DNA of 64,000 nt. Origin: Octopus sinensis. Taxonomy: Eukaryota. Positions 1 to 12,659 of this stretch are shown here, in pieces. Made by a program: the position numbers and the translations under genes. Under the pieces are notes generated by a model, which made no database searches, was not told the DNA's origin, and was given only the letters and a program-made list of their open reading frames with translations. Each line of letters opens with the position of its first letter. Position 1 is the stretch's first letter. The stretch is from positions 62,620,001 to 62,684,000 of the forward strand of contig NC_043000.1 of assembly GCF_006345805.1 (NCBI RefSeq), read 5' to 3'.

Positions 1-2045
1 GATAAAATCGTAGCGCACTCATTAGCAACAGATGTTAAAAACCGTTTTGAAATGCTCTCAGGGAACACTGGCGACATTGAAACACAATATAATAACTTCG
101 TTACAGCCACAGAAGATATTGCCCTTTCAAAACTACCAAAGAAGGAAAGAATAAAGCCCAGATCAATTCATGCAGATGATCGTGTGAGATAAGCAAGGAA
201 GCATCTAGAAAGATCGAAACTTAGACATGAACAGAGGCCTACTAAAAATAACTTCAAAGATGCTTCTAAAGCTCAAGGAACACAAGATGAGGCATATGCC
301 AATGTAGAAACAGATTACATTCTAGCTGAGATTAACAAAATTACAAAACTTGCATACTGCAAAGCAACATGCTGCAGTATGGGAATTAATAAACACTAAC
401 TGGAAGAAAATTTAAGCCCTCCCCACTTCAGGCTTAAAGGTTGTTCCTCTGAGAAGCGCAAGGCCAACTGGTTTGACCACTTTCAGAAACTTCTTGCAGA
501 AGCACCACAAACAAGCGGTCTTCCATTTCCTCTACACCAAATATTATTAGACATCAACACGGACCTTTTCACATTGGATGAGCTCAAAGTAGCTCTCAGT
601 AGTTTTGCTAACAATAAATCTCCAGGACTCGATAACATACCAACTTTACTGTAGAAATATCCAATATTTCATGAAACCTTACTAGGTTTCTGCAACGACA
701 CATATGCACATCAATTGCCTCCATCAGCTTGGTTAAAGAGCGAAATTGTCCCTGTCCCAAAACAATGGTGATCTAACAAGTGCAGCAAATTATAGAGGCA
801 TTACGTTGATCCCAATGGCAGCAAGAAGTTTTAAGAAACTTTTGCTTAATAGGAGTGTACCTATGCTTGATCCGCTTCGTAAGAATCAGAATGGATTTAG
901 AAGAGGCCGGTCAACAACTGCTCAAATTCTCTCCATCCGTCGCATACTGAAAGAAATGAAAGAGTTTAACAAGAGCATCTCAATCTGTTTTGTCGACTTT
1001 CGCAAAGCATTTGATTCCATCAGCAGAGATCTTATGTTTAAAATCCTTGCACTCTATGATATTCTTCCCAGGATTGTTGATGCTATCAGAGCGCTGTACA
1101 CAAACACCACTGCCACAGTTGTACCTCTTGATGAAGAGACTGATTTCTTTGAAGTTGAAGGAGGTGTTCTGCAGGGTGACACACTCGTTCCTTTCTTGTT
1201 CATCATTGTTCTCGTCTATGTTCTACGCATTTCCCTAGACGGTATGGAGGAAAAGGCACTCCTTTTGAAACGCCGTCAGAGCACTTGGCATTGTGCACAA
1301 TATTTGTCTGATCTTGACTTTGCTGACGATCTTGCCTTGATATCCCATTGTATTAAAGATGCAGAACCTTTGTTACAAGTACTGGAGAAAGCAGCAAACC
1401 AGGTCGGCCTTTACTGCAACGAGAGTAATACAGAGTTTATCACGACCTCCTCCAAGTTAACTGAACTTAAATCGTTCAATAATATATCAATCAAAAACGT
1501 TGACGACTTCAAATATCTTGGATCACACATAGTAGACTCCCAAAAGAACTTTCGCATCCGCAAAGCTCTTGCTTGGAATGCATGTAACAGACTTGATACG
1601 ATCTGGCACTCAGACCTTCCAACCACGTTAAAAGTTAAAATATTTAGAACACTGATTGAGATGGTCCTTCTCTGTGGATCAGAGACCTGGACCTTATCGG
1701 CTCTTAGAAAAACAACTAGATGGAACATATACCAAACTGCTCAGAAAGATACAGAACATCAGTTAGAGATCGCACCCAGCACTTAGTAAAATCTACGGAA
1801 ATCTGATACCAATATCCCTCAAGCTGAAGCAGAAATGGCTACAATTTGCTGGCTACTGTCATCAAGCAGTGAAAGAGGTTATCTCATCCCTGATCCTATG
1901 GCATCCCTCTGAAAGTGTTTTCTCCAGGAAACTGACATTCCCAGATACTATATATCGGGACTCAGTGCTGGATAGTAGATATCTGTGTGGAAAAGGATTG
2001 TCAATGGAGTTTTGACCAACTATAAGTTGGTCGAAGGATGATGTT
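1..2045 (+). mobile_element. Degenerate RTE-clade non-LTR retrotransposon (ORF2 region to 3' end), cut by window start
   Basis: KSPGLDNIP at ~616, RT ORF 746-1786, frameshifted C-terminus, short GATGATG tail at ~2037. Confidence 0.85.
746..1786 (+). pseudogene. Reverse transcriptase domain remnant of the RTE-like LINE
   Basis: Motifs NYRGITL, QNGFRRGRST, FVDFRKAFDSI, GVLQGDTL, LDFADDLAL, FKYLGS; stops and frameshifts on both sides. Confidence 0.9.
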
Positions 2046-2046
2046 G

Positions 2047-2150
2047 ATCAGACGGGTAGTCATGATGGGCATACTGGACTTCGTATATTTTACACCAGTG
2101 TCACTTTGATGGCATGCATTGCTCTCTCATTCAATAATAATAATAATAAT
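2047..2150 (+). repeat. Repeat family D, 3' fragment with (AAT)n tail
   Basis: TCAGACGGGTAGTCATGATGGG...(AAT)n recurs at 3126 and reverse-complemented at ~50280-50390. Confidence 0.7.
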
Positions 2151-2364
2151 CCTTTCTACTGGAGGCACAGGGCCTCAAATCTGTGGGTAGGGGACTAGTC
2201 GATTACATCGACCCTAGAATTTCACTGGTACTTAATTTATCAACCCTGAAAAGATGAAAGGCAAAGTCGATCTCGGCGGAATGTGAACTCAGAACGTAAC
2301 GACAGGCGAAATACCGCTAAGCATTTCGTCCAGCGTTCTAACGATTCTGCCAGCTCGCCACCTT
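2151..2364 (-). mobile_element. tRNA-derived SINE, family A
   Basis: Minus strand: A-box-like GAGCTGGCAGAATCGTTAG, B-box-like GAGTTCACATTCC, conserved GACTTTGCCTTTCATC...AAGTACCAG core; many copies in window. Confidence 0.85.
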
Positions 2365-2379
2365 AATAATAATAATAAT

Positions 2380-2714
2380 CCTTTCTTTATTAGCCACAAG
2401 AGCCGATGAAAATAAGATTGGACATTACAAAACATGGAGAACAAAGTGGGGTTACATAAAGTGTCGTTTAAAAAGTCGATAACAATGAAAAATATAACAA
2501 AGAAAATGCCTAAAAAAGGCAAGCAGTGAAAAATCCACTAGCGCCCCGACTACTAGGGTAAGAGCCTACTCCCCTTCTTTCAAGGGATTTCTGGAAGTTA
2601 TCCATAGTCCCCGGCCCGAATGTCCTCCGGAACAGACTGGCAAGTTAAAATTCATCGACGCCAAGAGTCTCCCCGAGAACGACGTCGTTTCTTTTCACCA
2701 CAAACCCTCTATAA
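2380..2714 (-). mobile_element. Internally deleted Tx1/L1-like LINE 3' fragment
   Basis: 2590-2714 matches 4300-4430; minus-strand end CTCTTGTGGCTAATAAAGAAA. Confidence 0.65.
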
Positions 2715-2715
2715 T

Positions 2716-2935
2716 CCTATTTGCTATTGGCACAAAGCCTGAAATTTTGGGGAATAGAGAGAGAAAGTCAATCACATCGACCCCCCAGTACTTGACTGGT
2801 ACTTAATTTATCGACTCCGGAAGAATGAAAGATAAAGTCGACGTCAGCGGAATTTGAACTCAGATCGTAAAAACGGACGAAATGCCGCTAAGCATTTTGC
2901 GGGGCATGTTAACGAATCTGTCAGCTCACCGCCTT
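2716..2935 (-). mobile_element. SINE family A
   Basis: Homologous to 2151-2364. Confidence 0.85.
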
Positions 2936-2964
2936 AATAATGATAATGATTAATTCATCATCCT

Positions 2965-3205
2965 TAAAACAACCTTATTCAGGAATTTTTTTAGCGGGAT
3001 GGGCTACTCGACCTAAAAAAAATTCTTACTGGGCCTCACTTGCAAGGTCATGTGCTGTTTATCTTGATATGAGATCACCATGTCACGCACCTATTGTTGT
3101 GATGCATGTGTCTGATGTACCCTTATCAGACGGGTAGTCATGATGGGCTTCGTATATTTGTTCCCCAGTGTCGCTTTGATAGCATACAATGCTTTCTTAC
3201 TCAAT
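2965..3205 (+). repeat. Repeat family D, longer 3' fragment
   Basis: Matches 2047-2150 and reverse complement of 50280-50545. Confidence 0.7.
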
Positions 3206-3230
3206 ATTAATAATAATAATAATAATAATA

Positions 3231-3275
<45 letters not shown>

Positions 3276-3340
3276 GAAGAAGAAGAAGAGAAGAAGAAGA
3301 AGAAGAAGAAGAAGAAGAAGAAGATTGATGATGATGATGA
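3205..3340. repeat. Compound microsatellite (AAT)n(GAA)n(GAT)n
   Basis: Directly visible. Confidence 0.95.
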
Positions 3341-5575
3341 TTTCATTTATTTACCACAAGGGTGAAGGATGAGGGGGACAATACAGAGACAGACATAAAG
3401 CGCAGGCGGTTACATATAGTAATGAAATAATAAAAAAAATTAAAGTATAGAGGGTATACACTGGAAAAGAAAGGACATGTGCATAGCATACAAAGGTATA
3501 AACAAAAAGGTGGGGATGATAGAGATGCCCCCCCACCCGATACAGGAAAACCTCAAAAGATAATCGAGGAGTCCTAGGTGCAAGTGCCTTCTCCAATTCC
3601 TTCTCTCCGACTCACACTTAGAGAAGTACCATCCACTCTTGCCATTTTTGCAACCGTCACCCACCTTTCGATAAACTCACTCAAGAACAGCACTTCCCTC
3701 CCCACTCTCAATTTCCTTCTCAAGTGAGACTTGAAAAAGTCAATGAGAGCTCTACCAAAGAGGAATATGTCTGTCCTCTTGCCTCTCAGCCTTGTCCATC
3801 AAACAACCTCTTTCGCTACAGCCACCAGGCAAAGGAAAACTGCCTTTCCTGCCCGATTGAAGGAGGGCGGCGGATCCGTCCCACACATGACAGCAGTAGT
3901 TCAACATACCTATTTCTTTACTACCCACAAGGGGCTAAACACAGAGAGGACAAACAAGGACAGACACACGGATTAAGTCGATTATATCGACCTCAGTGCG
4001 TAACTGGTACTTATTTAATCGACCCCGAAAGGATGAAAGGCAAAGTCAACCTCGGCGGAATTTGAACTCAGACCGTAACGGTGGACGAAATACCGCAAAG
4101 CATTTCGCCCGGCGTGCTAACGTTTCTGCCAGCTCGCCGCCAGTAGTTCAACATACCACAAGTCAGCAATCCCGGACACTGACCGTGGGCGTACAGAATG
4201 GTTTCGCTACCTCGGACAAGTCCGTCTGACAGCACAACCGTGCCTGCAGAGTTTATCTCGAACCGGTAGCGCCCCCCAGTAGCACTGCCAGACCAAGGAC
4301 ATCTGGAAATTATCCATGATAGTTCCCGACCGGAAAGTCCTCTGGATCAGACTAGCCAGCTCGTTCTCGTTGCCGCCCAGAGTCTCTCTGAGAACGTCGT
4401 CGCACTTCCCCGCCACTAATCCTCTATAAATTTCTAAAGCGGAACATCCACCGATTCCATTGGTAGAGGGCTGTAGGCTCCTGACGACATTCTAGTTCCC
4501 AGGTGCCCAGTCTCAGTCTTTTCTTCACCCAGAACTGCTGCTCCGTCTGGGAGACGAGCTGAGGTAAGACGAGCCTCACAAACGGAGCCCACACACGCTC
4601 CAGAAATCGTTTCAGGTTGCATAACCTAAGCGCGTGTCTGTGCAATAGGAGCCACAGTATACCTAATCTGCCACTCAGAGGATGCTGGCAACAGAATGAC
4701 CGCCTCACCATTTCACGGCATCGTCCTGTCTCCCCAGGAGCCCAACCGCAAACCAACCGATTTGTTAAATGGGATGCCCCTTAGCTGTTCCAGCTTCTGG
4801 AATTGTGGCTCGAGTGCCAACACATATAGAAGAAGCGAAAGCGGGCATCCCTGATGGACCGAGTGTGCGACGCCAAACGGATCCGATCGGTGGCCGTTTA
4901 CTTTGACCACTGAACAGGTGCCGCTGCGCATTGCAGCGATCCAGTCGCTGAAAACGGGCCCAGAGCTGCCTGCTTTCAGGACGGCTTTCAAATAGCGATT
5001 GTCGATCCTATCGAATGCTTTTGATTGGTCCAAATTGTTCAGAGCACCCTCGAAACCAGCTGTGGCCCCGGCCCACTCTATGACGTATCACATAAGGTGG
5101 AGGTTGTCAGGGATAGACCTACTCGGGATTGCGCACGTTTGCGTTTCTCCGACCAGGCTACCGGCGACGAGCGCCAAGCTTTTCGCTAACACCTTGGCCA
5201 AAATCTTAAACTCTGTGTTTAACAGATTTATGGGCCAAAAATTCTCTAGTACGTCCCCATTGTCGGCGTCTTTCCTCAGCAGTGTCACCACACCTCTGCT
5301 AACAGCACTAGTAATCCTCTCGTTCGGTTACCAGTTGCAGTAGACATCTGCCAAGAGGTCGCCAAACAAATCTGGCATGAATACATAGAACCCGAAGGGC
5401 AAACCAATCCAAACCGGGCGATCTGCAAACTTGTGCTATCGCTCATCACCTCCCAAATTTCAGCGATTGTTATCGGTCTTTCACATAGCTTCGTGTCAGC
5501 TGCCGAGAGCCGCGGCAAGCCATCCAGGTACGAACTAAAGTCCAGTACCGTCGTTGACTCATTGCCCTCTCCAAA
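3341..5575 (-). mobile_element. Degenerate Tx1/L1-clade LINE (RT and C-terminal ORF2, 3' UTR)
   Basis: ORF pieces WPINLLNTEFKILAKVLA...QTCAIPSRSIPDNL, DQSKAFDRI, SVHQGCPLSLLLYVLALEP; homologous copies at 37945-39790 and 45410-47330. Confidence 0.85.
3911..4140 (-). mobile_element. Young SINE family A inserted in the Tx1 LINE with 17-bp TSD
   Basis: CAGTAGTTCAACATACC at 3894-3910 and 4141-4157. Confidence 0.92.
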
Positions 5576-5895
5576 CAATGTAAGTCACGCTTTCGACCCT
5601 CATTCCACACATTCTGCAGAGGTCCGATGCACTTATGTGGTATATATCCCTTTTCCCTGACTTGGTGTTCAATGCCTGATCCTGGGCAGCGATGTTTAGG
5701 CTTTCAGACTTCTTTTTATGGCCACCCTTGCTGAGCCACCTCCATGATGCTTCCTGGTCTTTTAACTTGTTAGTTTCACGGTGGAACTGACCATGTAATT
5801 CCATGCGGAGTAGAGTTTCTTCTCTCTCGTTGGTCATTACTATTATTCCACTGGGGATGAGGGTTTCAGTACCACGGGCAGCCTTCAACATTTTG
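5575..5895 (-). mobile_element. R4/Dong-like non-LTR fragment (post-RT region to CCHC finger)
   Basis: LHGQF...SWRWL...AAQDQALNT...CRMCG..VESVTYIV pattern in ORF 5559-5891. Confidence 0.75.
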
Positions 5896-5898
5896 CAT

Positions 5899-6110
5899 AA
5901 GGCGGCGAACTAGCAGAATCGTTAGTACGCCGGGTGAAATGTTAGTTTCATCCGTCTTCACGTTTTGATTTCAAGTTCCGCCAAGATCCACCTTGCCTTT
6001 AATCCTTTCAGGGTTGATGAAAAAAGTACTAAATATAATCGACTATCACCACCACCCCCACGCGCACACACACACACAAATTTCAGATCTTGTGCCTATA
6101 ATAGAAAGGA
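5899..6110 (+). mobile_element. SINE family A
   Basis: AAGGCGGCGAACTAGCAGAATCGTTAG head, core and (TAT)n tail. Confidence 0.8.
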
Positions 6111-6131
6111 TTATCATTATTATTATTATTA

Positions 6132-6178
<47 letters not shown>

Positions 6179-6266
6179 GTATCTGCCAATTTTATCGATA
6201 ATATAATATCAGTTCATGAAAGGAATAAGTTCGTTGTAATACCCGCTTTATTTAATCTGTATGATT

Positions 6267-6337
<71 letters not shown>

Positions 6338-6350
6338 TGTGTGTGTGTGC
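6111..6350. repeat. (TAT)n and (TG)n microsatellites
   Basis: Directly visible. Confidence 0.95.
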
Positions 6351-7249
6351 GCGCGTACGTATGTTTGTGTGTATGTGATAAATGATTTCCAACTTTAACG
6401 TACGACGAGAAAAAAATTTTATCGCGTGGTGTATTTGTAATTATTTGATGCTTAATTGTATATCAAATGCTCATAATAATGTTGCTTACTTTGTACTGTA
6501 CAAATTTAGGATCAACATTATGTAAAGCTTTAGATCATTTAACACCACTTTTATTCCGAGTTTCATCAAAGTGAATCGCTCTTAGTATCAATCTATTGTC
6601 TACATCCATTAGACCGATTCATCGAATTCCTTTCCTTTTTATATATACTTCTTCAAGCATATCTTTTAGATCAATCGTAGCTTTTAATTAGCTTACACAA
6701 TCAGTATACTTTAGCATGAAAATAAATCGATTCTGATTGAATGAATATTGGTTGGTAGAATCGCTAGAGTGTCAGACAAAAAAATGTCTTGTTGTTATTA
6801 GCTCCGGATCTTTAATTTATGCGCTCGAATCCTGCCGAGGTCAATTTTGCAGTTCATCCTACCAGGTTCGATAAAATTGAAGTATACTAATCAAGCACTG
6901 GAGTCGACATAATCGATTATATAACTCCGTTAAGTTTGAGGATTTTGTACCTATGTTAAAAATCACTGTTTGTAAGTTCTACGGAGCAAACCTTGAACTT
7001 CCTCTTTCGCCAAGCAGTTCTATTCCTCTTTTTAAATATGTGTGTTTCTAAAGTTAGTTTAGCTATAAATTTGGAGTGATTCGGAAAGAATACTCTAAAG
7101 TAATATTTCAAACGATTCAAACTTAACGTTTTTAGAAGAGGGGAAAATGAAAGTTGTAACGTTCCTATCTTCCTTAAAGGTAATATGGTTTAAAAGTTTG
7201 CTTCATAAACATGGTTTCATGGTAGATCTTACTTGAGTTACCTTGGGCA

Positions 7250-7830
7250 AGCAACACCCAAAAGTATCAGATTCATAAGGGAATAGTATAAGATGCCTAA
7301 GGCAAAAGCAACTGTGTGGGACTCATTTTCTATTTTGTCTCAGGCATCAGACTGGGAGATACAAGTGGATCTGAAGGAGAGACTCTATTTTCCAGAAGAA
7401 ACAGCAGTAACATCGCTCTAACCATCTGACTGCTATGCAGGAGCACAAAAACAATCATCGGGGCTGAACTTAGTACTCTGATAGTAGAGAGTTAACATTT
7501 TTTTTCAAACCAGAGTAGGCCAAATATCATAGCTTGGCTGATGAAACTCTTGTCATTTCCTATTGAAGTTGGCCGTCACGGTTTCCCAGTAAGATCGGTA
7601 CACTATTTCCTGCAGAAGATTGATTTTAGAACCCGAATAACTGGAGAAAACTACGCAGAGATAGTCAGAGCAAATGAAAAAACTAGTTCAAGGTGGTTGA
7701 GGTTGGTAAGAGATTGTTGATGGCACTCTTCTACACGCGAAGTTTGAATCTTCATTGTCCTACTCCCACGAAACGTACAGGCTAAGGGACGAAACGCTAG
7801 TGACTCTGAGACATATGCTGATAATACGGA
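7250..7830 (+). mobile_element. Remnant of an RLE-endonuclease non-LTR element (Hero/NeSL-like), 3' end
   Basis: Manual translation: DWEIQVDLKERLYFPEETAVTSL*P (from 7350), AKYHSLADE, FPIEVGRHGFP (~7557). Confidence 0.7.
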
Positions 7831-8499
7831 AGGGCTTCCATTATTGCAATAGCTTTAGTCACTATAGGAAGAAAATCTTGCGATATCTACAAGTAGGTCT
7901 TTCAGTTTTCGATTGAGGCAAAGCATCTCTGGTGTTTATTTCACGTACTTGGGGAAAATTATCAAACTAAAAAAAAATTCTTTCACTGTAGGAAATTTTA
8001 AAATTAAGGCACATCCAGAGATAAAAATAAATTACATAAATTAGTGTTCCTTTATTTTCTATATTTTTTACGTACCCAAGAAAATATATTCTTCCAGTCT
8101 GTGGCACCAGAATTCAAAGCAGTTAAGCAACAGGTCATCTTACAGGTGTTGTGAATTCAGTTCGAATGCATACAGTAAAAAATATGATAGGTGTTTGTAC
8201 AGCATTTCATGCAGAGATATTTAATAAGTTTCAATGTGAAATATTAATAAAAGTTAGGTTTACACAAATGTTGTTTGTAAGCTGTCTAAATTTTCTTGTT
8301 TGTAGGAGCCAATTGAATCATTCCTGTATTGTGTAAATAATATTTGCATGATCTAGCGAAAAGATATAACGTCAATTGAAACTAAGGGAAGGAGAGTAGA
8401 AATGGCATCAGTTGTTCATTAGTTCCAATCTATCCAAATCCTGGAAAGGTAACAATTGATAAGAACCAATACAAAACACAAGTTGTAAATGTTGATAGA

Positions 8500-8930
8500 T
8501 CTCTACACGATTGCACTTATGCGCTTCGGTAAGAGCTCTTGGATATCCATCTTGCACAGACATTAAGGAAGCCAAGCTTGCTGTGGATGATTTCGTATGC
8601 AGAACCTTGACTTATCTGCAGAGAATAAGCCACCTCATCGATGATCACTCATCAATTCTCTGGACCCATCTCTCGAGCTTGTTGAATCTTCACGTTTGTG
8701 GTAAAGGTTAATGAAAATCCTGCTCCCTTTTCGTGCTTCACACTCATCCTGCCATTTTTAAACTTCTCGATCCACTCATACACATTTCTAGCAGTAGAGC
8801 GCTGTCCTCACATTGCACTTAAAACTTGTGATGAATTTCAGCCCCTGAAACACCTTCAGACCAGAGAAATTAGATCACTGGTTTCTATTCTTCTTTGGCG
8901 CACTGTGCCAGCAAAGCGACTACGTAAGAA
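8500..8930 (-). mobile_element. Mariner transposase N-terminal remnant
   Basis: Manual translation with frameshifts: FLWSEGVSGAEIH, NVYEWIEKFKNGR, LQISQGSAYEIIHSKLGFLNVCARWI. Confidence 0.75.
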
Positions 8931-9644
8931 AGAAAACTAGAACGACCTAGGTCAGATCTCGGTTACGTAACCATTAGAGTACCACCGTTTTCCTCGCGGG
9001 CGCTGACTTTTTACTTTCCCTCGTAATAAAGATGATTAGTCGGCGACAAAAATTACCATGAACGCATGATACAAATGAGCAAGGTGAGATAACGGCATAA
9101 AGAGCTGCTCAAAATTGACGGTGTGCATGATTGCCCAAGATACGAATGACATCTGCACCAATGTGAAATCTGTAGAAAGTAATTGGACATTGATATTAGT
9201 ATTTTCAACTTAGACATATGGTTTACGCTCATGCCGTCATGTACCTTAAATGAAAACTAAAATCAAAGTAAATTAGTTCGTTGTAGGAAGTTCCGTACTC
9301 TGTAAATCGATAATTGAAAAAAGATCTTTATTGTTATTGCTGCTTAGCACCTGGTCAGTCCTAACTGATGAGTGACGAAAGATGCTAACGTCGTGTTCTT
9401 TCCGTTTTTTTTTTTTTTAGAGATATTTAAGACTCTATGTCTAACTATGGTCGAAGCGTTCCAGCAATGACCATTCATTTCGTTCCAGGCAATGCATTCT
9501 ACATAATACAAAGTGGATCTATATTTTTGAGGTAAGGCGGTCTGATTTAGTAGCTATTTCTAATAGGTAATTTAACTGTAATAGATAATTTTGTTTTAAT
9601 ATTACATGACACGTTTTTGGTGCCTTTTATAGCTGTCATTTCTA

Positions 9645-10075
9645 ATATTGATTTCAAATTTTGGCACAAGATCAGCATTTTTGGTGGGAGGGGTAAGTCG
9701 ATTACATCGACCCCGGTGCTTAACTGGTACTTATTATCGACCCCGAAAGGATGAAAGGTAAAGTCGGCCTCAGGGGAATTTGAACTCAGAACGTAAAGAT
9801 GAACGAAATGCCGCTCAGTATTTTGTCCTGCGTGCTAATGATTCTTATTTCTTTATTGCACACAAGGGGTTAAATATAGAAGGGACAAGCAGGGACAGAC
9901 AAAGAGATTAAGTCGATTACATCGATCCCAGTGCGTAACTGGTACTTAATTTATCGACCCCGAAAGGATGAAAGGCAAAGTCGACCTCGGCGGAATTTGA
10001 ACTCACAACGTAACGGCAGACGAAATACCGCTAAGCATTTCGCCCGGCGTGCTAACGTTTCTGCTAGCTCACTGC
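9645..10075 (-). mobile_element. Head-to-tail SINE family A dimer
   Basis: Two copies of the core at ~9700-9800 and ~9910-10010. Confidence 0.85.
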
Positions 10076-11394
10076 TTTTGTTGTTTCAATTAATCCGAGT
10101 TTCGTAGCCACTTGCCTAACCCTTACTATTCTCTTAACGGCTCGCAAAATAATTTGAAATTTAAAATTGGATATCTTAAGGCTAGATATAAGAGGGAAAA
10201 GGATAAGCAACACGTGTAGAGAGAACTGGCTTCAATCGAGAGTCGAAACTCTGTCACAATTTCTGATCGTCAAATGATTAAACCATGATCTGCAACACTC
10301 CACGCATTATAAGTTAACTTAGGAGCAAGTAGAACTGTGAAGGAGATTGAATCAATTTATTATTGGTACATATTTCATCTCTCCAAACAGATGAAAAGCG
10401 CAATCGATCGAGATATGATTTGAATTCAGACTCTGAAAATACCAAACGAAACAAAGAAAAAAACTATAAAAGCATTTTGCCGTTTCCGCAGGTTAAACAT
10501 CGGCATTGATGTAGATGTTGCTTAGCTTATGTCAGCTTCGACTGACATAAGCTTAAATGTATTCGACTACGCTTAAGTGTATCCCATCTCTGTTTACCCG
10601 TTTCTTATTTCTATGGTTTCTATTTCATAATATATCTAAGATTACATTATCCAATGTATTATTTTTTTCCTCTTTGGGTATATTATTTGAGGGAAATTCG
10701 GCTGCTATTTGTGGCAGATCAAGTGACGACATAAAGGCTATGCTGGCACAAACCTACAAATTTTGGAAAAAGTGTAAAGTCGATTAGATTAACTTTAGTA
10801 AATGACAGGTTTTCATTTTGTGGAACCCAAAGAGAGTGAAGTGTTAACCTCAGTGGATTTGAACTCGGAACGTAAACGGTAGGATTCAGTGCATCGCTCA
10901 TACTTATTTTATGAAGCCTGTAACTGGGATTAATGAACTTTGAATTTCGAGACTAAATACCGACACTGTCCAATAGTTTCGATCTCTTCACCTTTTTTCT
11001 CCCTTCTCTGAATTATAAACTAAGGTCACAGCACCTAACTAGGACATATTTTGTGAACCCGGCAAAGATGAAATAAAAATCAACATTGACACGATTCGTA
11101 GTCACTATGCAAAATAACTAAATATTACGAAGTATTTTGTTCGGCAATTTACCGATTCTGCCATCATCTGCCATTCCACAAGTAAACATTAAAATGGCAG
11201 CCAAATCTCTTTCAAATAGCACACTATTAATCACAGAAATAGAAACGACACACCGAATAATATACTCCGGATTACACTATTCCTGGAAAAAATGGGATGG
11301 ACATGGAATTAGTTACTTTTGATTATTCTGTTCGATCAGGACTAACCTAAAGATTAAATAACAGTATATTGATTATTGAGCTCTAAAGTTAATA

Positions 11395-12177
11395 TTAGTT
11401 TCAAATTTTGGCACATGGCCAGCAGTTCCAGGAAAGGGGATATATCGATTAAATTGGCCCCAGTGTTAGACTGGCATATATTGTATCGACCTTGAAAGAA
11501 TGAAAGGGAAAAGTCAACTCCAGCAGCATTTGAACCAAGAACGTAAAGACGGACGAAATTCCGCTAAGCCTTTTGCTCGGCGAGCTGATGATTCTTTTCT
11601 ACTCTAGGCACAAGGCCCGAAATTTAGGGTGGGAGGGTGCCAGTTGACTATATCGACCCCAGTTTGCAATTGGTATTTAATTTATCGACCCCGAAAGGAT
11701 GAAAGTCAAAGACGACCTCGGCGGAATTTGAACTCAGAACATAAAGACAGACGAAATACCTATTTCTTTATTATCCACAAGGGGCTAAACATAGAGGGGA
11801 CAAACAAGGACTGACAAACGGATTAAGTCGATTACATCGACCCCAATGCGTAACTGGTACTTATTTAATCGACCCCAAAAGGATGAAAGGCAAAGTCGAC
11901 CTCAACGGAATTTGAACTCAGAACGTAACGGCAGACGAAATACCTATTTCTTTATTACCCACAAGGGGCTAAACACAGAGGGGACAAACAAGGACAGACA
12001 TAGGTATTAAGTCGATTACATCGACCCCAGTGCGTAACTGGTACTTAATTTATCGACCCCGAAAGGATGAAAGGCAAAGTCGACCTCGGCGGAATTTGAA
12101 CTCACAACGTAACGCAGACGAAATACCGCTAAGCATTTCGCCCGGCGTGCTAACGTTTCTGCCAGCTCACCGCCTTA
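11395..12177 (-). mobile_element. Tandem chain of four SINE family A units
   Basis: Core repeated at ~11480, 11680, 11865, 12050; junction GAAATACC|TATTTCTTTA twice. Confidence 0.88.
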
Positions 12178-12659
12178 CCTCTAACGCTAATATTGATTTC
12201 TGACATCTTTTACCGGTAAAATACTTTTTTATTAAATTATAATATATAAAGCTTTTTTTTAACCCAATAACTTATGATAAATGTGAGCTAATTTGCTACA
12301 CTTTCTAAATAAAGAGACGTGTGGGTAAAGACATTGCAGCAGTAACTTCCTAAAACATTATTTTCTTTTCCATCTTATAAAAAGACGAGAGCAAATGAAA
12401 AATTATTCCGTTTGACACATACTGAGTCAGATTAGAAGACAACTGTTTTCACCTGTCAAATGTAATTTAAATTAATTCTTCATTAAAGACAACTCTAGTT
12501 GCCAGTAATATTGTTTATCAAAGAAAAAAAATTGGCTGTGCCTCATCCATCAAACCGGAAATTAGGTGACTCGAAAAATACAAAGGCTTTCATGTGGTCA
12601 CTGGACCTACTAGAAATACCAACCAATCACTGTTGAATCACACCCAGCTATCTTTGAAA

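Noticed and set aside
7765-7830. GAAAC...CTGATAA in the 3' UTR of the RLE element
   Set aside because: Too degenerate to fold into a hammerhead
8945-8972. Three adjacent short palindromes (GACCTAGGTC, AGATCT, GGTTACGTAACC)
   Set aside because: Adjacent to a mariner remnant; no independent support for function
9361-9390. CTGATGA-GTGAC-GAAA hammerhead-like string
   Set aside because: Stem II only 2 bp with 1-nt loop and no stem I partner; likely chance
11590-12177. Regularly spaced repeats resembling a CRISPR array
   Set aside because: Units are ~185-bp SINE copies with no unique spacers; eukaryotic context, no cas genes
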